From: Euprymna scolopes
Lineage: Eukaryota
Assembly (NCBI GenBank): GCA_053919585.1
Contig: CM132786.1
Reading direction: 5' to 3' (one strand)
Length of the DNA stretch: 64,000 nucleotides
In this document: in pieces, positions 10,880-25,509 of the stretch
Position numbering within the stretch: the first letter of the stretch is position 1
Layout: each line of letters begins with the position of its first letter
Made by a program: the position numbers and the translations under genes
Notes under the pieces: model-generated
Seen by the model: the letters and a program-made list of their open reading frames with translations, nothing else
The model's database searches: none
Told to the model about the DNA's origin: nothing

Positions 10880-13800
10880 TTTCTTTTGTACCGCATTTTT
10901 TTTATTTGTGGCATATGACATAGTTAAATGGGACCTTAATTGTCTGCCCAGTGCCCAGATTGACTTTCTGGCCTGCCTGCACGCGGAATCGTTATATAAC
11001 TTTGTAATAATCTTGGTAGGAAAGCATCGATTTCCTCCTGTTGCACGCATGCTTTTATGCCCTTCTTTACTGTCTGGACTATCCTTTCCGCTATCCCGTT
11101 ACTTTGAGGGTTTTAGGGATGAGTATTGTAAGATCTGCATCCTATTTTTCTTAACCATTCATACAAATCCGCATCCGAATATGCTGGCGCGTTATCCGTC
11201 ACCAATGTTCTCGGTATCCCATTTTTCGAAAATATTACTCTTAATATTTATTTTACGGTGGTACTTTTTTATCAGGTTCTCTCACTACTTTAGACACACC
11301 TGAATATGCGTCTACTAATATTAATAATAGTATTTTCTTATTGACATAGGCATGATTAATGTGTACTCTGCTCCACGGTATTTTATTTTGCTTAGAATTC
11401 CTGAGTTCTGTTCATTTTGTGTATCTTTTTACATAGTCCTCTACATCTCTTGAGTACTCCGGTCACAATGCTTCCAATTTTAATCTTCTTGGGGAACTGA
11501 CAAGTCTCTATTACATATTACCCCGTTTTCTATAGTCAGTTTATATCTTATTTCTTTGAATGGTCTTTAAGCCATTGAAAAATTTACTCCTGCGATGACC
11601 TTTTATCCTCAACAGTATTTTGGGTCATTTGTAATTTCAGTAGCCATTTTATGTACATATATTACATCGGTTTCTACAAGTAATGCGTCTTCAAATACCT
11701 CGTTGTTTGTGTCGTTATCCTCTCTATAAACCCTAAATGTAGATAAGGCATCAACGTGCGGTATCGTATTCCCTTTTAAAAGACTCAATGTCAAAGTCGA
11801 ATACCATCAGTCTGATCGCATAACGTAATATTCTGGACGTTGTAACTTTCGGTAGTTGTTTTCTTGGGTTGAAAATAAATTTCAGTCGTCTGTGTTCACT
11901 TTTCAACAATAATTTTTCCCATGAAGAACTCCCTTGCTTTGTCTATTGTCCACACTATGGCTAGTGCGTCCATTTCTATATTAGAATAATTGTGTTCAGT
12001 CGTTGTTGATCTCGTCGATAAGTACATTACTGGATGACCATTGTGTAGCAAAATACCGGATAAGGAATGCTCAATAGCGTCAGTAGTTAGGGATAAAAAT
12101 GTGTACTATTGGCTTATTTGCCAGATTCTGTTTTAAGTGTTCAAAGTTTTTTTCTTGGTGTTCTAAACAAATGAACTCCGCATTATTTTCTAAACTTCGC
12201 AAATGGTTCAGTCACTCATTATATTTTGGTACATATTTTCTATAAAAATTTACGAACGCCACTTTTAGAATTTTCTCTATTAGCTCTTCATCTGGAGAGA
12301 TCCCTTCCTTTGATATTGAGTAATCCAAAAATGATACGTCATTACTGTTGGTTACACATTTCTTTGTATTTACTCTCTTGCCAGCGTCTCTTAGCCGGTT
12401 CAGTATATTTGCAGTTTTTTTCTTTAAATTATCTTCATTTAAATCTCCAACAAATATAGTCTCTTGATAGCAGATCGTATTTTCAACATTTTCTGTTACT
12501 TTCTCAATAGCTTTTTTTAAAATTGCACTTGCATTGTTTATACCATACGAAATCTTTTTCCACCTTAACGTCACCTGCTTTAAATTTTCATCTCTGGGAA
12601 TTTGGTGGTAAGCTGATTTTTAGTCTATCTTTGAAATTACTTTAATTCCGGCAAGTTTATGGAAAGCTACTTCCACATTCGGAATAGGGTACAAGTCGGC
12701 GCAAACTTTATGGTGCACCCCTATTTTATAATCTCCACACATTCTCATGTCACCGATTTTTTTAAATACCACAATGGGTGATGCCCATTTACTTTTTTCT
12801 GAAGGGGCAGGCTCTATTTAATCTTTCTTTATTAAATTTCACAACTATTACTAGCGGTAATAAACGCACTGGTACTTTGCTCGCTTCGTAGTAACAGGGA
12901 GGAACATTTTCTTTTAATTTCAGGATAGCTTCATAATTTTTAAATTTTCCTGTTTTTTCCATTTCTATCTCATTAATCAACTTCGTTGACTTTATTTTTA
13001 ATACATCATTCCCCAGTAGTGCATGCGTTTTTCGGCAATTTGTAACTGTAATGGGTACTACCTCATATTTTTTTCTTTTAGTTCTCTTCAACCTTCAAAG
13101 TAACGTATAATTGCTATAACCGAGTCATCAAACTGACGTAATTGTACGTTGCTTTTTTAAGCGCGATTTCCCCATTTTTTCCACAAATTTCTTGGAATTA
13201 TGGTTACTTCACTGCCAATATCTATCTGCACTTCAACAACATAATTGTTGATTTTGATTTTGATTTGTGTATCTCCATTCCTTGATCCAATATTTTGTAT
13301 ATTATTCTTACTTACATTAAAAATTTGTCTATTTTCATCCTCTATTCTTTCCATATTTTTCGATTTACATACTTCTTATAAGTGATTCTTTTTTAAACAC
13401 TTTCAATATATTTTTATAAACGCTAGGTATTTTTCTTTTTACCTTTCATAAATTTTTCCACAGTAAGTACATTTTTTCTTTTCGTTTCTACCGTATACGT
13501 GTCAGCCATTATTTCCTCGTAAGCGTTTTTTTTATTTCTGTAATGTGTATATATTTATTCCTGCTGTTGTATAAATTGTAGACATATATTCAATCGCATT
13601 TTTGTCAGTTGTAACTGTTCCTTTCGCTTATATCTATTTGCCGAATTATGCATGCCTTCAATTAATCCTAGTTGGATTAAGTCTTCTTCTGTTGTCTCTT
13701 CTTCTGTTCCTAGTTTTTCAAAGTCACAGTATTTACTCGCACTTCTTAACCGGTGTAAATATTTTACTATCGGTTCATCAACTTCCTGCTTCATTGCCAT

Positions 13801-14100
13801 TAACTTGGTCCTTTCCGCAATCGCCATTCTTTTATTTGGCCTTATGTTTCCCTTGATAACCTGACTTATTTCTTCGAAAGTCATTTTTTCTACTTCTCGA
13901 GTGTAAACCATTGTAGCAACCGTTACAATTGCTTCACAACCAGCGTTAGCCATGGACAAGTAGGTGAGTTCATTCTCCCCTCCTTGTTTTTTTGTTTTCT
14001 TTCAACTTATTTCTTCTGGCATTAGCAGTAAAACAATGCATCCAAGTATCTACGTATTCTGGGCCTTCAAAGACCAGAGACTATCCTATCGTCGACACCA
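10880..14100 (-). mobile_element. Degenerate Ty3/gypsy retrotransposon (gag, PR, RT, RNase H, IN)
   Basis: gag 13555-13959 (AERTKLMAMKQEVDEPIVKYLHRLR), protease QIDIGSEVTII, RT (RMCGDYK; VSFLDYSIS), RNase H (TTDA; YSNIE; IPHVDALS), integrase (GIPRTLVTDNAP; PQSNGIAER). PBS-like TGGTGTCGACGA at 14100-14089. Confidence 0.9.
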
Positions 14101-14929
14101 TTGATATGTGGTGTATAACGCTTAGCAAGCTTTCAACAACCTGCTGTTCTATTTGGTGTCGGTTTATAAATATGAGCTGTCTGCTCATAAGTAAAGTATA
14201 CTTAATTTGCATATCACTACAAAGATCCTTTACAACAATGGCTATTAATCAGAAAGTTGCCAATTTGTACAAATTTAAAGATACTGTAGTCAATAGATGC
14301 CCTGTTTACCTTTCTCTACCTTTGTCTGTACAACGGTGTTATTTACCATTGAGCTTACGTTGTTTTTTTTTAATAGACATATCTTGCCGTCTATTTCCAA
14401 AAAAAAAAAACAAATTCTGAATAAAGAGAATGGATCCTGACCACAAACCAAGTAATAAAAAACAAACAGGTACTCTATCGTTAACCCTGAAGTAATTAAA
14501 CCCTCGTCAGTCATAATTGAATATATGGCTACGACTGATTTTACAACGGAAAATAAACACTCAGCTACACCAAAACGTGTACTGCTCACAACTATATTTT
14601 TATGAGTATCGTATCTTTATTTACCGACAGTCAACGTCATTCAAGGATATTATGCACATCAGAATTATAGTAACCAAAAGGTTTTTCTACAAAATGTACC
14701 ACAAATAGCAATAAAACTGAAAACTCTCTGGGGCAATATCTCACCTTTTCCAAGCACAGTCTTAGGTGAATTTATTTATCCTTTAGTACCATTCAAGTAA
14801 TAATTCTGTTATTAAACACTCGCCAGTAATATGTTCGGAAAATGTTAATGAATATTATCTTGCAGTTCAAATAAAAAATGCTCTGAACATTTATTTCTTT
14901 AAGAAGCAGAGGTTATTGAAACTAATACG

Positions 14930-15310
14930 ACACAGTGAAATTAAAATAAATACTGATTTGGTCATGATCGACCCAGTGAAGTGAAGTGTACCACAGTTTA
15001 TATACATAGGCTAAGACCTTGACATTTTACTTTTAACTTAGAAGTCAGTGTGCAATATTCTTATATTGGGGACCATGATAATGCCAGGTTTAGTCATGAG
15101 CGGTCCAGTTGTGTGACCCGTAGAAGAGTAAATATAGATAGTCTATGAGCTCATCCTTTGACCATAATCACAATAAATGGTGTGCACACTCCTAAGGTAG
15201 GGGACCATCATCGAGCCACGTTTGCACATGATCGGTCCTGTTGTATGGACTGTAGGAGGGTTGTATACACAGACACACACACGAACGCTTCTACTGTATA
15301 TATATAAATT
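14930..15310 (+). repeat. ~132-bp degenerate tandem repeats ending in a (CA)-rich tract, resembling a non-autonomous Helentron/HINE
   Basis: Three TTT.G.CATGA.CG..CC.GT units at ~14957, ~15088 and ~15221. GGGGACCAT occurs twice. Ends ACAGACACACACAC..TATATATA. Confidence 0.45.
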
Positions 15311-18300
15311 TAACTATTAGATATTTCCGTTTTATATATTAAAAAAACTACGTGTTAATACATTATCGGAAACATTATTCGTTCATTGAAACATATGCTG
15401 ATATGATTTATAAGAACATGTTTTATACAATTTTCCTATATTAATCAGAGAAGCATGGAACATGTACGTAAAATGGTTTTGCACGCATTTTAACCGGTTA
15501 ATATATGACCTGAGCGCGCATAAATCGTTCATCGTTGTCACGTAACATTCTATTACGCGTGATTTAAGTAAACATTTACTGCTTCTAAATATATCAATAA
15601 AAGTAATCGATTGATCAGAAATAACCATAATTCTTCAAATGGATTTGCTCCTGTTCTACTGCGAATGCACCTAACTACCGACTGTAAAACGATACCACGT
15701 CTTTCTGTTTTATGATCTAAGTAAATATCTATATAATCTTAAAAGGAAGTCTATTTTATTTGAAAGAATATTAATAAAGAAAATCGATATATGTTTTGCC
15801 CGAACATTTTAGCATTTATATTCAGGAATATATAGATCGCTGATCTAATATTTTTTTCTAATACTCTTATCCTAATAATTGTACATCTACTACACATCGG
15901 GTAAACAGTGGTTTAAAGAGTAGCTGATAGTTGTTTGTATCGAATGATGCTGTTGATAAAGGAAATCCAACAAAATCTAATGAAGATAATAAAAATGCGT
16001 TTGTCAATTAATATATAGCAATGTTAGTTTTTGTTTTGCAATATTAACCTGCTTAGACATTGGAATTGGCATGCCGTGACTTTTAAATGGGCATAATAGA
16101 TACATTCGTTGATTTTTTTTAACGAGATTTTGGAACACTGTGACCTACCCTCTTAAACTAGTAATCTTCCACAATACTGAGTAAAATAACAACGCAAATG
16201 AGCGTAAATAAAATTAATTAACCTTTATACAACCAAACCATATTTTTGCAAATCACTTTTTGACGATCTCTTATTTATATAAAAGGGGTCAGTAATAAAT
16301 GTTCAGGTATTATATTTTTACTCCAGTTGAATAATATTTGACAGTGCCATTCAAGCTGATTTGTACACGACATATTTCAGTTATCGATTTATCTGACATA
16401 CATATTAATGCGTACTATTTGAGAGCATTTGTTGCTATTAGCGTTCAAATTTAAAAGTATACTATTGATACAGTATTTGTAGATATATACTAGTATATTA
16501 TGGTATTGACAGCATCACATGTTTTATTTCTGAACTAGCCTACAAAATAACATTTTATGTTCTCTTGTTATAAATTATTGAAGCATATTTAAAAGTACTA
16601 TACATTTATATTCTTTGCATACCTCCTGTACATTACTCGAAAATATACAAAACTATTCATCACACAGCACCTGTGTTTTTAAGTGTTGCGTTAGAAAATT
16701 GCGATACAGCTCGTTTAATATTGTCGCCTTGAAGGGGTAAGTTTGTATTTCAAGGAACCTGATGAAATATTAATCATCGCGGGACGGCACCATCCGAGAA
16801 AGGCATTTTTAACATATAATAAATTTAACAGGAAGTTTGCATTTTCGTGTGTATACCGCCCAGTGAACATGACGCTTAAGCTTTTCATTTTCAGTTTATA
16901 TTCTGAAGGGACGTGTAGGTGTACTTAGACATGAGCTGACGTTTACTTACAAGGCTACACATGTGCTAGCTGCAGCGGTCTTACGTCAATGTAATTATGC
17001 CGGACAAAACTCATGGAATGTTATGAAACCACTATATAATTATCAAAATCAGAAAGTGTTTAAATAGTTGTTTACAACGAATAGATATTGCAAGGAATTA
17101 ATAAGAGTAAAATTTTTCAAACATCAGCAGACATACAGAATTGGTACATTAATAGCAGATACGTGCAAATGAAACGCAATTCTTGTGCACTTTGTTTTCA
17201 CAGAACGCTCGCGCTTTCTCGAATGCTCTATCTCTATTAAAGTACCATATACCCATCAATTAAGTATTATTTCTACATCTCGCCTAGAAACCACTTACTA
17301 GTTACTCCTTTTTGGAGAGAGTACACAAATAGTATTTTACGTTATAGAACCTACACTGACTACCAAGCTATGGGTCCTGTCTCATTGCAGCAATAGTGCA
17401 TAAATATTCTGGTTCTACAAGTACTTTAACTGGATAATATTCCGACAAACTCATAGCACTTTTCAACCAACAAAGACAGCCCTCAAGAACAACCAGATAA
17501 GCAGCAAATGTTACCTCTTTACTGTAGAAATTCTCACCGGCAGGAATGATTTCTATTTAATAAAGTTTGTTTAACTAATCGCTTGCTTATTGGACGTTTT
17601 TCTACTCCTAATTTCCGTTACTACATTAATATACTATTATTTAAATGTAATTTGAGACCCCCTTTCAAGCATACCCCTAATAACCTGTTGGATTGATCTC
17701 AGTGTCTCATTTTACCTCAATATACCTTGATAAACTGAATTTAGTAAGAAAATAAGTAAATAAACGAAATAGCTTTAAGAAATAAAGCGAATAACATAAA
17801 AGGATCGGTCGAAAAAAAAAGGAAGTAAGTTTAGCTAGATCGACGAAAGAGAGTCAGTAGTAGTGTTTAAAGTAATTAGTCTCGTTCGACGATAGCAAAA
17901 TGATTGAATAATATATATGCTTTTTTTGTTTACATTGAGAAGTGACTATGCGTAAACGACATTAAAAATGAGTGACAGAAGACAAAGGTGGACTTTATAA
18001 GACTCATTGGTTATTTAGGATAGTAGTTAGTTTGGATTGTCCGGTAGTCGAAATTGAGAGTTCATTTGGATTTGACGACAGTTGGGGTTTGGACGCCGCA
18101 AACACTGACTGTGGTTTGAGGCAGGTCACACTAGATTTGGTAGGTCGAGACGAACTCGTGGCAACATAGGTACCCGCCATATACGAGACGTAAACGTCCG
18201 CCTTAGCATGTACACACATACCACGAACCTAAAAGACATATATGAGAAGCATTTGCGGTTTTTCAGTGTTGTGATAGAAAATTGCGATACGGCTATAAGT

Positions 18301-19563
18301 AGGGTAGAATATTGAGAAACAAGCCACGTCACACAGCGTGTTGCGTCGACGTGTTGTCGAGTCGGCCAGCAAGCAAAAATGTGATAAAGAGATACAAAAG
18401 TTTAGCACAACTAGTCAAAGTTGCAATAAAATGACTATTACTAGTGAAAAATATAGACAAGAATGTCTCACATATAATGCCAGTTTCCGCCATTTTAACC
18501 ATAAAGCAAAATACAGACAGATAGAAACAGAAAGAGGGGCAGACGTGGGTTAAAAAGTAAATAATATAAAGGCAGAAAGAACTATCATACGTAACGGACT
18601 ACATGTAAACAGGAAATAAAAGGAAAAATATAGACTCAAAAACGTTTCACAAATATTGTCATGGAGATAAAATATAGAATGAAAAACAGGACGGAAAAGA
18701 GTGAGTTACCTTTAACAGAAAAACAAGGGGAAACAGTGACCAATCGAGAGCATGATATAACGGCCATAAAAAGATCAGAAGATGGTGAAAAAAGCCACGA
18801 TACAAATTGTTTAGGATTTTTTTTTTTACATAGGCATCACCACATTATCAAGGCCAAGAGGCCACTCAAGGAGAGGGGTTAAAGAGTGTACAGTAGAAAT
18901 TGGAAAATATAGTAATCATGTGTAATGAAAATTTGGTAAATTTGATAACTTATATGGAACGGCTCATCAAGAACTTATTTACGTTAGACTTGAACACAAC
19001 CATATTGTAGTCAGCCGGAAAGCAGGAAAACGGAAGACAATTCCACAGGCGTGCAGTTCTAAGAAAGAAGCTTTGTTCATGGAATCTACGTTTAGGTTTA
19101 GGCACAGATAAAGAGTGGGGGGAATTATTGATAGGGTGTACAGCTAGACGAGTGTTTCTTGTGAAAGTTTGGCGAGGGGGGACCATAGATTGAAGCTCAG
19201 TCGAACACTTTCCATGAAAATAACGATACATCAGAGACAAACTCGCAACATCTCTTCTGTGAGATAAAGGTTGCAAGGAGGAGAAAAGGATATCTCCTAC
19301 GAGGCTACGAAGTCAATTTTGAACTCTATCAAGGCAGGACAAGTCCTTTCTAGCAGCTCCTGCCCAGATGTGGCAACAGTATTCCATCCTTGGACGTACC
19401 TGGCTCTTATATAGATAGAGAATAGAATCAACAGTGAGATATTTACCGGATCGATAGAAAGATCCCACCATTTTTCCAGCGGCCTTGGCAACAGATTTGA
19501 TGTAGTGTTCCATTTAAGATCAGGAGTAATGGTCAAGCCCATAAGCTTGTCAAAACTTGAGGC

Positions 19564-20229
19564 CTACTGAAGACGAGAGCCATTCATTTCATTTGATGCC
19601 AGATGTGGATTAGAATGTTGATGATGTAAAGAGAGAAGCTTGGTTTTAGATGCATTAAAAGTAACCAGCCACTCCTTTCCCCATTGTACTACGTGCTCAA
19701 GATCAGAGGAGAGAGAATTGGAGAGAACTTGGTCGTTTACTGTCTTAGATGTGCTACCATAAATGGTAGTGCCGTCAGCATAAATGTCTACAAATGATGT
19801 AAGGATGTGATTTGGAAGATCATTAATGTAGATCAGGAAAAGAGTTGGGCCCAGGATAGACCCCTGAGGGACACCGGCATTAATACTGTGAGCTTCTGAT
19901 TTTTGCCCCTCAACTACTACTCTTATGAACCAATCAGAAAGAAATGACTTAATAATTGAGAAGACTTTTCCAGCTATACCATAGCTAGCGATCTTATGAA
20001 GTAAACCTTTATGCCACACCCTATCAAAGGCTTTAGATATGTCAAGAGCAATTGCCCTAGAAAGATTGCCACCGTCGAGAGATTTGCTAATCCTATGCAA
20101 TATAACTGTAAGCACATCTGCTGTAGATCTAGCAGAACAGAAACCATATTGAGTGTCACTAAGACGGTTATTTTTGTTGAGATGGTTGATTACTTCTGTA
20201 TTTAACACAGTTTCCAGCAACTTACTCAT
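19564..20229 (-). pseudogene. LINE reverse transcriptase core segment
   Basis: QYGF, LDISKAFD, GVPQGS and YADG (canonical YADD mutated). Confidence 0.92.
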
Positions 20230-20766
20230 GACGCACAGAAGACTTATTGACCTGTACTGAGAGGGGGATGAGCGATCACCTGAATTCTTAAATACAGGGC
20301 ATACTGATGAAATTTTCCAGGGAGATGGGAAACTATTCTCCTTAAGACAACGTTTAAACAGTTTTGTAAGTATGGGCGCTAGTTCAGGTTGAAGTTTTTT
20401 TGAGTACTATAACTGGAATACCGTCAGGGCCAGTTGCTTTACTGGAATCAAGGTTTTTGATTAGCTTGGCAACATCACATACAGATATACGTATATCACA
20501 TAGCGTGTTTTCTGATACAGGATGAAATATTGGGGGTTGGCGGCCTTGGTCGCAAAGGGTAGAATTAGCTGCAAAGTTCTTGACAAAGAGTTTGGCTTTG
20601 TCTGATGCTGACGAGATTACCTCAGGTCCATTGATAATACTTTGGATGGAGCACACGCTTCTGTTCAGGATTCTGTTTGCTATTTGCCAAAACTGGTGGG
20701 AACCAAGCCGCTGCTCAGCTACTTTGGACTTAACAGATTGAGCATACAACTCTCTTGCGTTCTTTA

Positions 20767-21852
20767 TTACTTTCTTACAATGGTTGCTGGCAGTCCTGAA
20801 AGCGGCTTTAGTTTCCATACATCTATTACGTTTGAAGCAGTGGAAAAGTGATTTCTGTGCGCAATGGCAGCAGCACATTCTGGAGAGGACCATCGCTGGC
20901 TGTTAGGTTTTTGCTGAAACTTTTTAGAGGGTATGAAACGGTCAATACCTACAATTAACCATTCAGTCAGGTCTAATACTATAGAGGACACATCCTTTTT
21001 AAACATGGAACACAGAGGTAGATCAGATATAAATGTACGGAAGATATCCCAGTCAGCCTTAGTGTATCGATATACTGTACGATGGAGAGGTACGTCTGGA
21101 GACTTACTACATTTCATTTTTATCTTAATTGATACAACAGAGTGGTCGGAAGATCCAAGAGGCGACAGAACAGAAACTGAACATAGTTCAGGGCAAGTTG
21201 TGAGAAAAAGGTCTAGTAGGCTCGCATACTGGCCGTCATTGTCGGGCACACGGGTGGGTTCCTGAACAATCTGAGTGAGGTCATAGGCAATGGAGAAATC
21301 ATGGCAGAACCTCCCCTCATCATCGGTCTTGTTTGAGTGGGTCAGCCATTCGACGTTGTGAACATTGAAGTCTCCACATACGTGAATGTTAGCAGAAGGA
21401 TAAGCATATAGGACTTGGTCAATTTTCTCAGATATGCTTTGAAAGATAGTAACTCCGCTGTTGTGGGAGCGATAGAGAGTAAATATAAATGCAGTAGTGT
21501 GAGCTAAAGCAACCCGAAAGCACATATAGGATAAGTTAGGATCTTCCCTGGAGATGTCCCTACCACATGGAAAGCTATCTTTAATATAGGCACATATTCC
21601 ATGCCCATGGCGATGTTGGGGGTCAGATTTAGAAGTTAAGTTAGAGTATCCTATAATTGCAAACTCTTCTAGGGAAATGCCAGTTTCACTTAAAAATGAA
21701 AGGTCTGGTTTAGTCTCCTGTAATTGGGTTTCAACCTCTGGAATGTTAGAACGTAGACCCCTGATGTTGGAGAAGGAGACATTGTAGTAGGGGTCTACGT
21801 TGGAAGTTGGAGAACCGGGTTTAATCGTGTATTTTTTCTTGAAACTTGTCAT
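20767..21852 (-). pseudogene. LINE apurinic-type endonuclease segment (5' part of the broken ORF)
   Basis: 361-aa ORF with all APE motifs. Continues by frameshift into 20384-20893. Confidence 0.9.
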
Positions 21853-22949
21853 GATGAAATTTTGGAATTTGTGGACTAGGTCGTCAGATTTAGTTAGAGC
21901 AGGACAGAGACGGCAAACTAAGAGAGAAAAAGAAACGAAGAATTTTTTTTGTAGCTAATGATAAGGTAAAGCCGTAACAATTACCCACTAGTATGGCATC
22001 GAGAGACCCCACCAGAAGCTTCTGCATGGTCCAGATTCCATTCACCAAATGGCAATACAGCAGCCCCAGTACTTTGCACCTGCTGATAGGACAGCCTCCT
22101 TAGTGGTTAATCCAAGGTTCGGGTCCCTGACTATTAGACGGATAACGTCAGCCCAGACAAAACGTTTACCTCCATCACCCTTACTAGTGACATGGCTAAA
22201 AGGATAGACATAGAAAAAGAAAATTTCCACCATCTCTGCCAACTGTTCGCGCAAAATACTGCCGAGTGGGGCTGCGCGTGATGTCACATGTCTGCATCAG
22301 ATACCCGAGTACGTTTGAAAACAATTTGCATTCGATAATAAGTTAATGAAAAACTTTGAAACACGTCCATTCCACATTAGCTTTATATCAGTTCACTAAG
22401 TAAATTGGTTCTTAAAATCAGTCTTTGTGTAATCATTTGAAATATACTTTATTAGAAATTGCGTTGATCAGAAAAATGGATTCTTAAACAAACAGATTTT
22501 ATAGTTATATACTTAAGAACAATCAGTTTATTTATTTAACAATACTTAAGAGATAAAAAGCCTACGGAGGCAATTTTGTCTATGCCACAAACATGTAGAG
22601 ATATTAGACGATTGTTATGTACATTCAAATCGTTGAGAAGACATCTAATGAGATTCGATAAACCTGCCTTCATCATAAGTGTTCTCAGTGCAAGGACTGA
22701 GGTTTGAGTCTTTAGGGAGTACGCCCATAACGTTAGCTAAAAGTATACCCATAACTCTACACTCCACTATTTGATGCTAGTTACTACTGTATTGTACTAA
22801 CGTAGCACTCACCTGAGGAAGTTTTGACCAAATGAATTTTTAATGGGAGTATTAAGTTCAGAATCGGTCTCCAATCGCATGTATATCCTCGTTAGGGGAA
22901 ATTTAGACGTAATCTTTTTGCAGCTCTCAAAAATGTTTCGATGCTCTCC

Positions 22950-23063
22950 TAGATACAGTGCATGCTATTCCTAAATAGTCATCTATCTGGTGCTGACCAA
23001 GCTCAACGTTGCTTAACATCGTGTATCTATTAAAATCCGATGTGTCAAATTAATTATGCCGTA
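22950..23063 (-). mobile_element. 5S rRNA-derived SINE head or 5S pseudogene
   Basis: Minus strand ACGGCATAAT..TTGACACATCGG..GTTAAGCAACGTTGAGCTTGGTCAGCACCAGATAGATGACTATTTAGGAATAGC, a degenerate full 5S-like sequence. Confidence 0.7.
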
Positions 23064-23099
23064 TTCTGCTTGACACTAACTTCACTATTTTTCTTAGGT

Positions 23100-23159
<60 letters not shown>

Positions 23160-23690
23160 GTGGATTACAATATCAGGTAATTTTTAGTTCTATTTGTGCA
23201 ACAATTTTACAAGAAAAATGGTGTAATTTTGTATACGTTTTTGCGAAGTCAGCAGAGAGTGTTATATGTCGCCCAATTCACTATAGAAATGTGCCAAGAA
23301 ATATTACCGAATTCTTACTGTAATTAATGCAGTTATGTTCACAGAAAATATTTATTCCCTCTCTTGAGTAAAAGAACTAGTTACAATATCTCTTCCGGCA
23401 TAACATTCCAAGTTTTTCTTACATCTATGCAATATTTTTAGGGAGCGAATAAGAAATAAATGAAATAAACGTAAGGTTAAGAACTGAGTGTTGGTTAAGT
23501 CAGCGTTCAATTCTGTAAATGAATATAAAATATATTTAGAACTGTTACCAAAAACTACATCTTGAATTTGCAGTAAGTCTAGATCAGTTAATGTAGAGAT
23601 TGTGACCATAAAAAAACAATACTTGATAAATGATTTTTATTTTAATTTGTAAGTTCAGCATTTTACAGTTATCAATCGGAAACTTTTGCA

Positions 23691-23725
<35 letters not shown>

Positions 23726-24876
23726 GTGTATATATATATATATATATAGTGCAGCGATAATTTCCTTTAGTTGAACTATTTGAGGATATTTACACATATA
23801 TAAATAATGACAGAACATTTTACATAATCTAAATTAGTGGTATTTTATAATCAAAATGTAAGCGCATACTCATTGATAGCCATTGGTAGAATATAGATCG
23901 GTAGACATATGTGTGTAAAATTTATAAAAACATCTGCCCAGGCATTATCGAGCATATGGGGAAATAACTCACACATAGACAAAGTGCCTTTCATATATAA
24001 GTAGGCAGGGCATAAATAAGTTTTGTTAAAATAATTTCAAAAATTAAGTTTTTAGTCTTAAAATTAAAGCTTTTTATTCAGTGTTTCAGTAGCGAGCAAA
24101 AGAAAAAAAAACACTAGAATTTACCCCAGTTTTCAATATATAGTTCTCAAACCTATTTCTAAATGCTTATAGTACTATAATAGCTTTATTATCTGTTCCT
24201 ATGCCTGACAATTCTTACTACAGAACGTATCCAATGAAGTAGTCTGAGGTTTTTCGGATTTCAGGCGAAAATAAATCGTCATTATGTCAAAGAGTAACAG
24301 TAATTGAACCTACGTAAGATTGAACGAATGCGCGAATGATAAATTGATTTAATTATAAATGCTTACTTGATGGATCGAATTTACTACATCCTCTGATGTA
24401 ATGCTGCCTTTTCTCCTATTTCATCGTTTCCCAAATCAGAAGATCTGAACCAATAGAAAACGTCGAGTTGTCAGAAAGCTGGAATTTTATTTGTGAGATT
24501 TCTCTTTTTACACTGAAATCCAGAATTACGAAAAAGAAATCACAAAAAGTAAACATATTTTATTCGATTCTAATTTATTAGATGTTAAAACGGTTTTATT
24601 TAAATTTAGGAAACTTTTTTTTTTACAATTATGTCTGCATTAATCAGTAAAAGTTGGACAAGTAGAAAATAGTTTTATTTAAATAAAATGCCAGGAAGAA
24701 AAGAATTTGAGCAAATTTAAATTATAAACGACATTAAACCCCGTTCAGCAGGATTTCAGTCTACCTAGCATCTAATTTGCGACGATATTAATCAAATTTT
24801 AATATGTATATAATGTAAATAGATTATTATGAAAAATAAAAGAAATATAACAAGAAGTCTACGTATACACACATAC

Positions 24877-24940
<64 letters not shown>

Positions 24941-25094
24941 TAACTTCGTACATTTGGGCAGTCTTCTCTCATAATACAGATCTCGTTAAATATCAGCGCT
25001 ATGCTCTGCATAATTTTTATTGTTCATATTTTAAATATGGCGGGCGAATTTTCTCTCGTTTCAGCAGTTTCAGCAGTTTCAGCGACGAACATTC

Positions 25095-25154
25095 ACTATA
25101 CCACAGTACTTAGAACAACCCGGTACGCCGAAAATGCGAGAAACGACCCATTGA

Positions 25155-25227
<73 letters not shown>

Positions 25228-25295
25228 GGCAACAAGTCATTTCCCGTATTTGCGGCGTACCGGGTGATCTCCAAGTATTGTGGTATAATGTTGTT
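25095..25295. repeat. Inverted pair of mariner/MITE-like termini flanking a (TA)n tract
   Basis: TATACCACAGTACTT..ACCCGGTACGCCG..AAATGCG versus CGTATTTGCGGCGTACCGGGT..AAGTATTGTGGTATA. Confidence 0.65.
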
Positions 25296-25509
25296 TATAT
25301 ATGTATTTNNNNNNNNNNNNNNNNNNNNNNNNNNNNNNNNNNNNNNNNNNNNNNNNNNNNNNNNNNNNNNNNNNNNNNNNNNNNNNNNNNNNNNNNNNNN
25401 NNNNNNNNNNNNNNNNNNNNNNNNNNNNNNNNNNNNNNNNNNAATTTTACTGGGCTCACATGATTCAGTAATCCTTCATATTACTGGGCTCACATTATTC
25501 AGTAATCGT

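Larger units (their letters stand above)
18817..22310 (-). mobile_element. Near full-length, young CR1-group LINE (single EN-RT ORF, Zenon-like) with few frameshifts
   Basis: APE endonuclease (SNIRGL, LSET, CGDFN, LDLFLT, GSSDH), RT (LDISKAFDRVWH, GVPQGSILGP, YADG) and C-terminus YKSQVRPRMEYCCHIWAGA / RRDVASL. Poly(A) tail at ~18817-18827. Confidence 0.95.

Noticed and set aside
10827-11303. 158-aa plus-strand ORF
   Set aside because: Antisense to the gypsy integrase remnant and begins in a (TA)n tract.
16690-16745. Possible host exon (G|GTAAGT donor), and similar sites near 17825 and 58023
   Set aside because: Isolated splice-like motifs with no coherent reading frame or homology.
17925-18335. 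Possible solo LTR (GC-richer block ending CACA)
   Set aside because: I could not identify convincing termini with a TSD.
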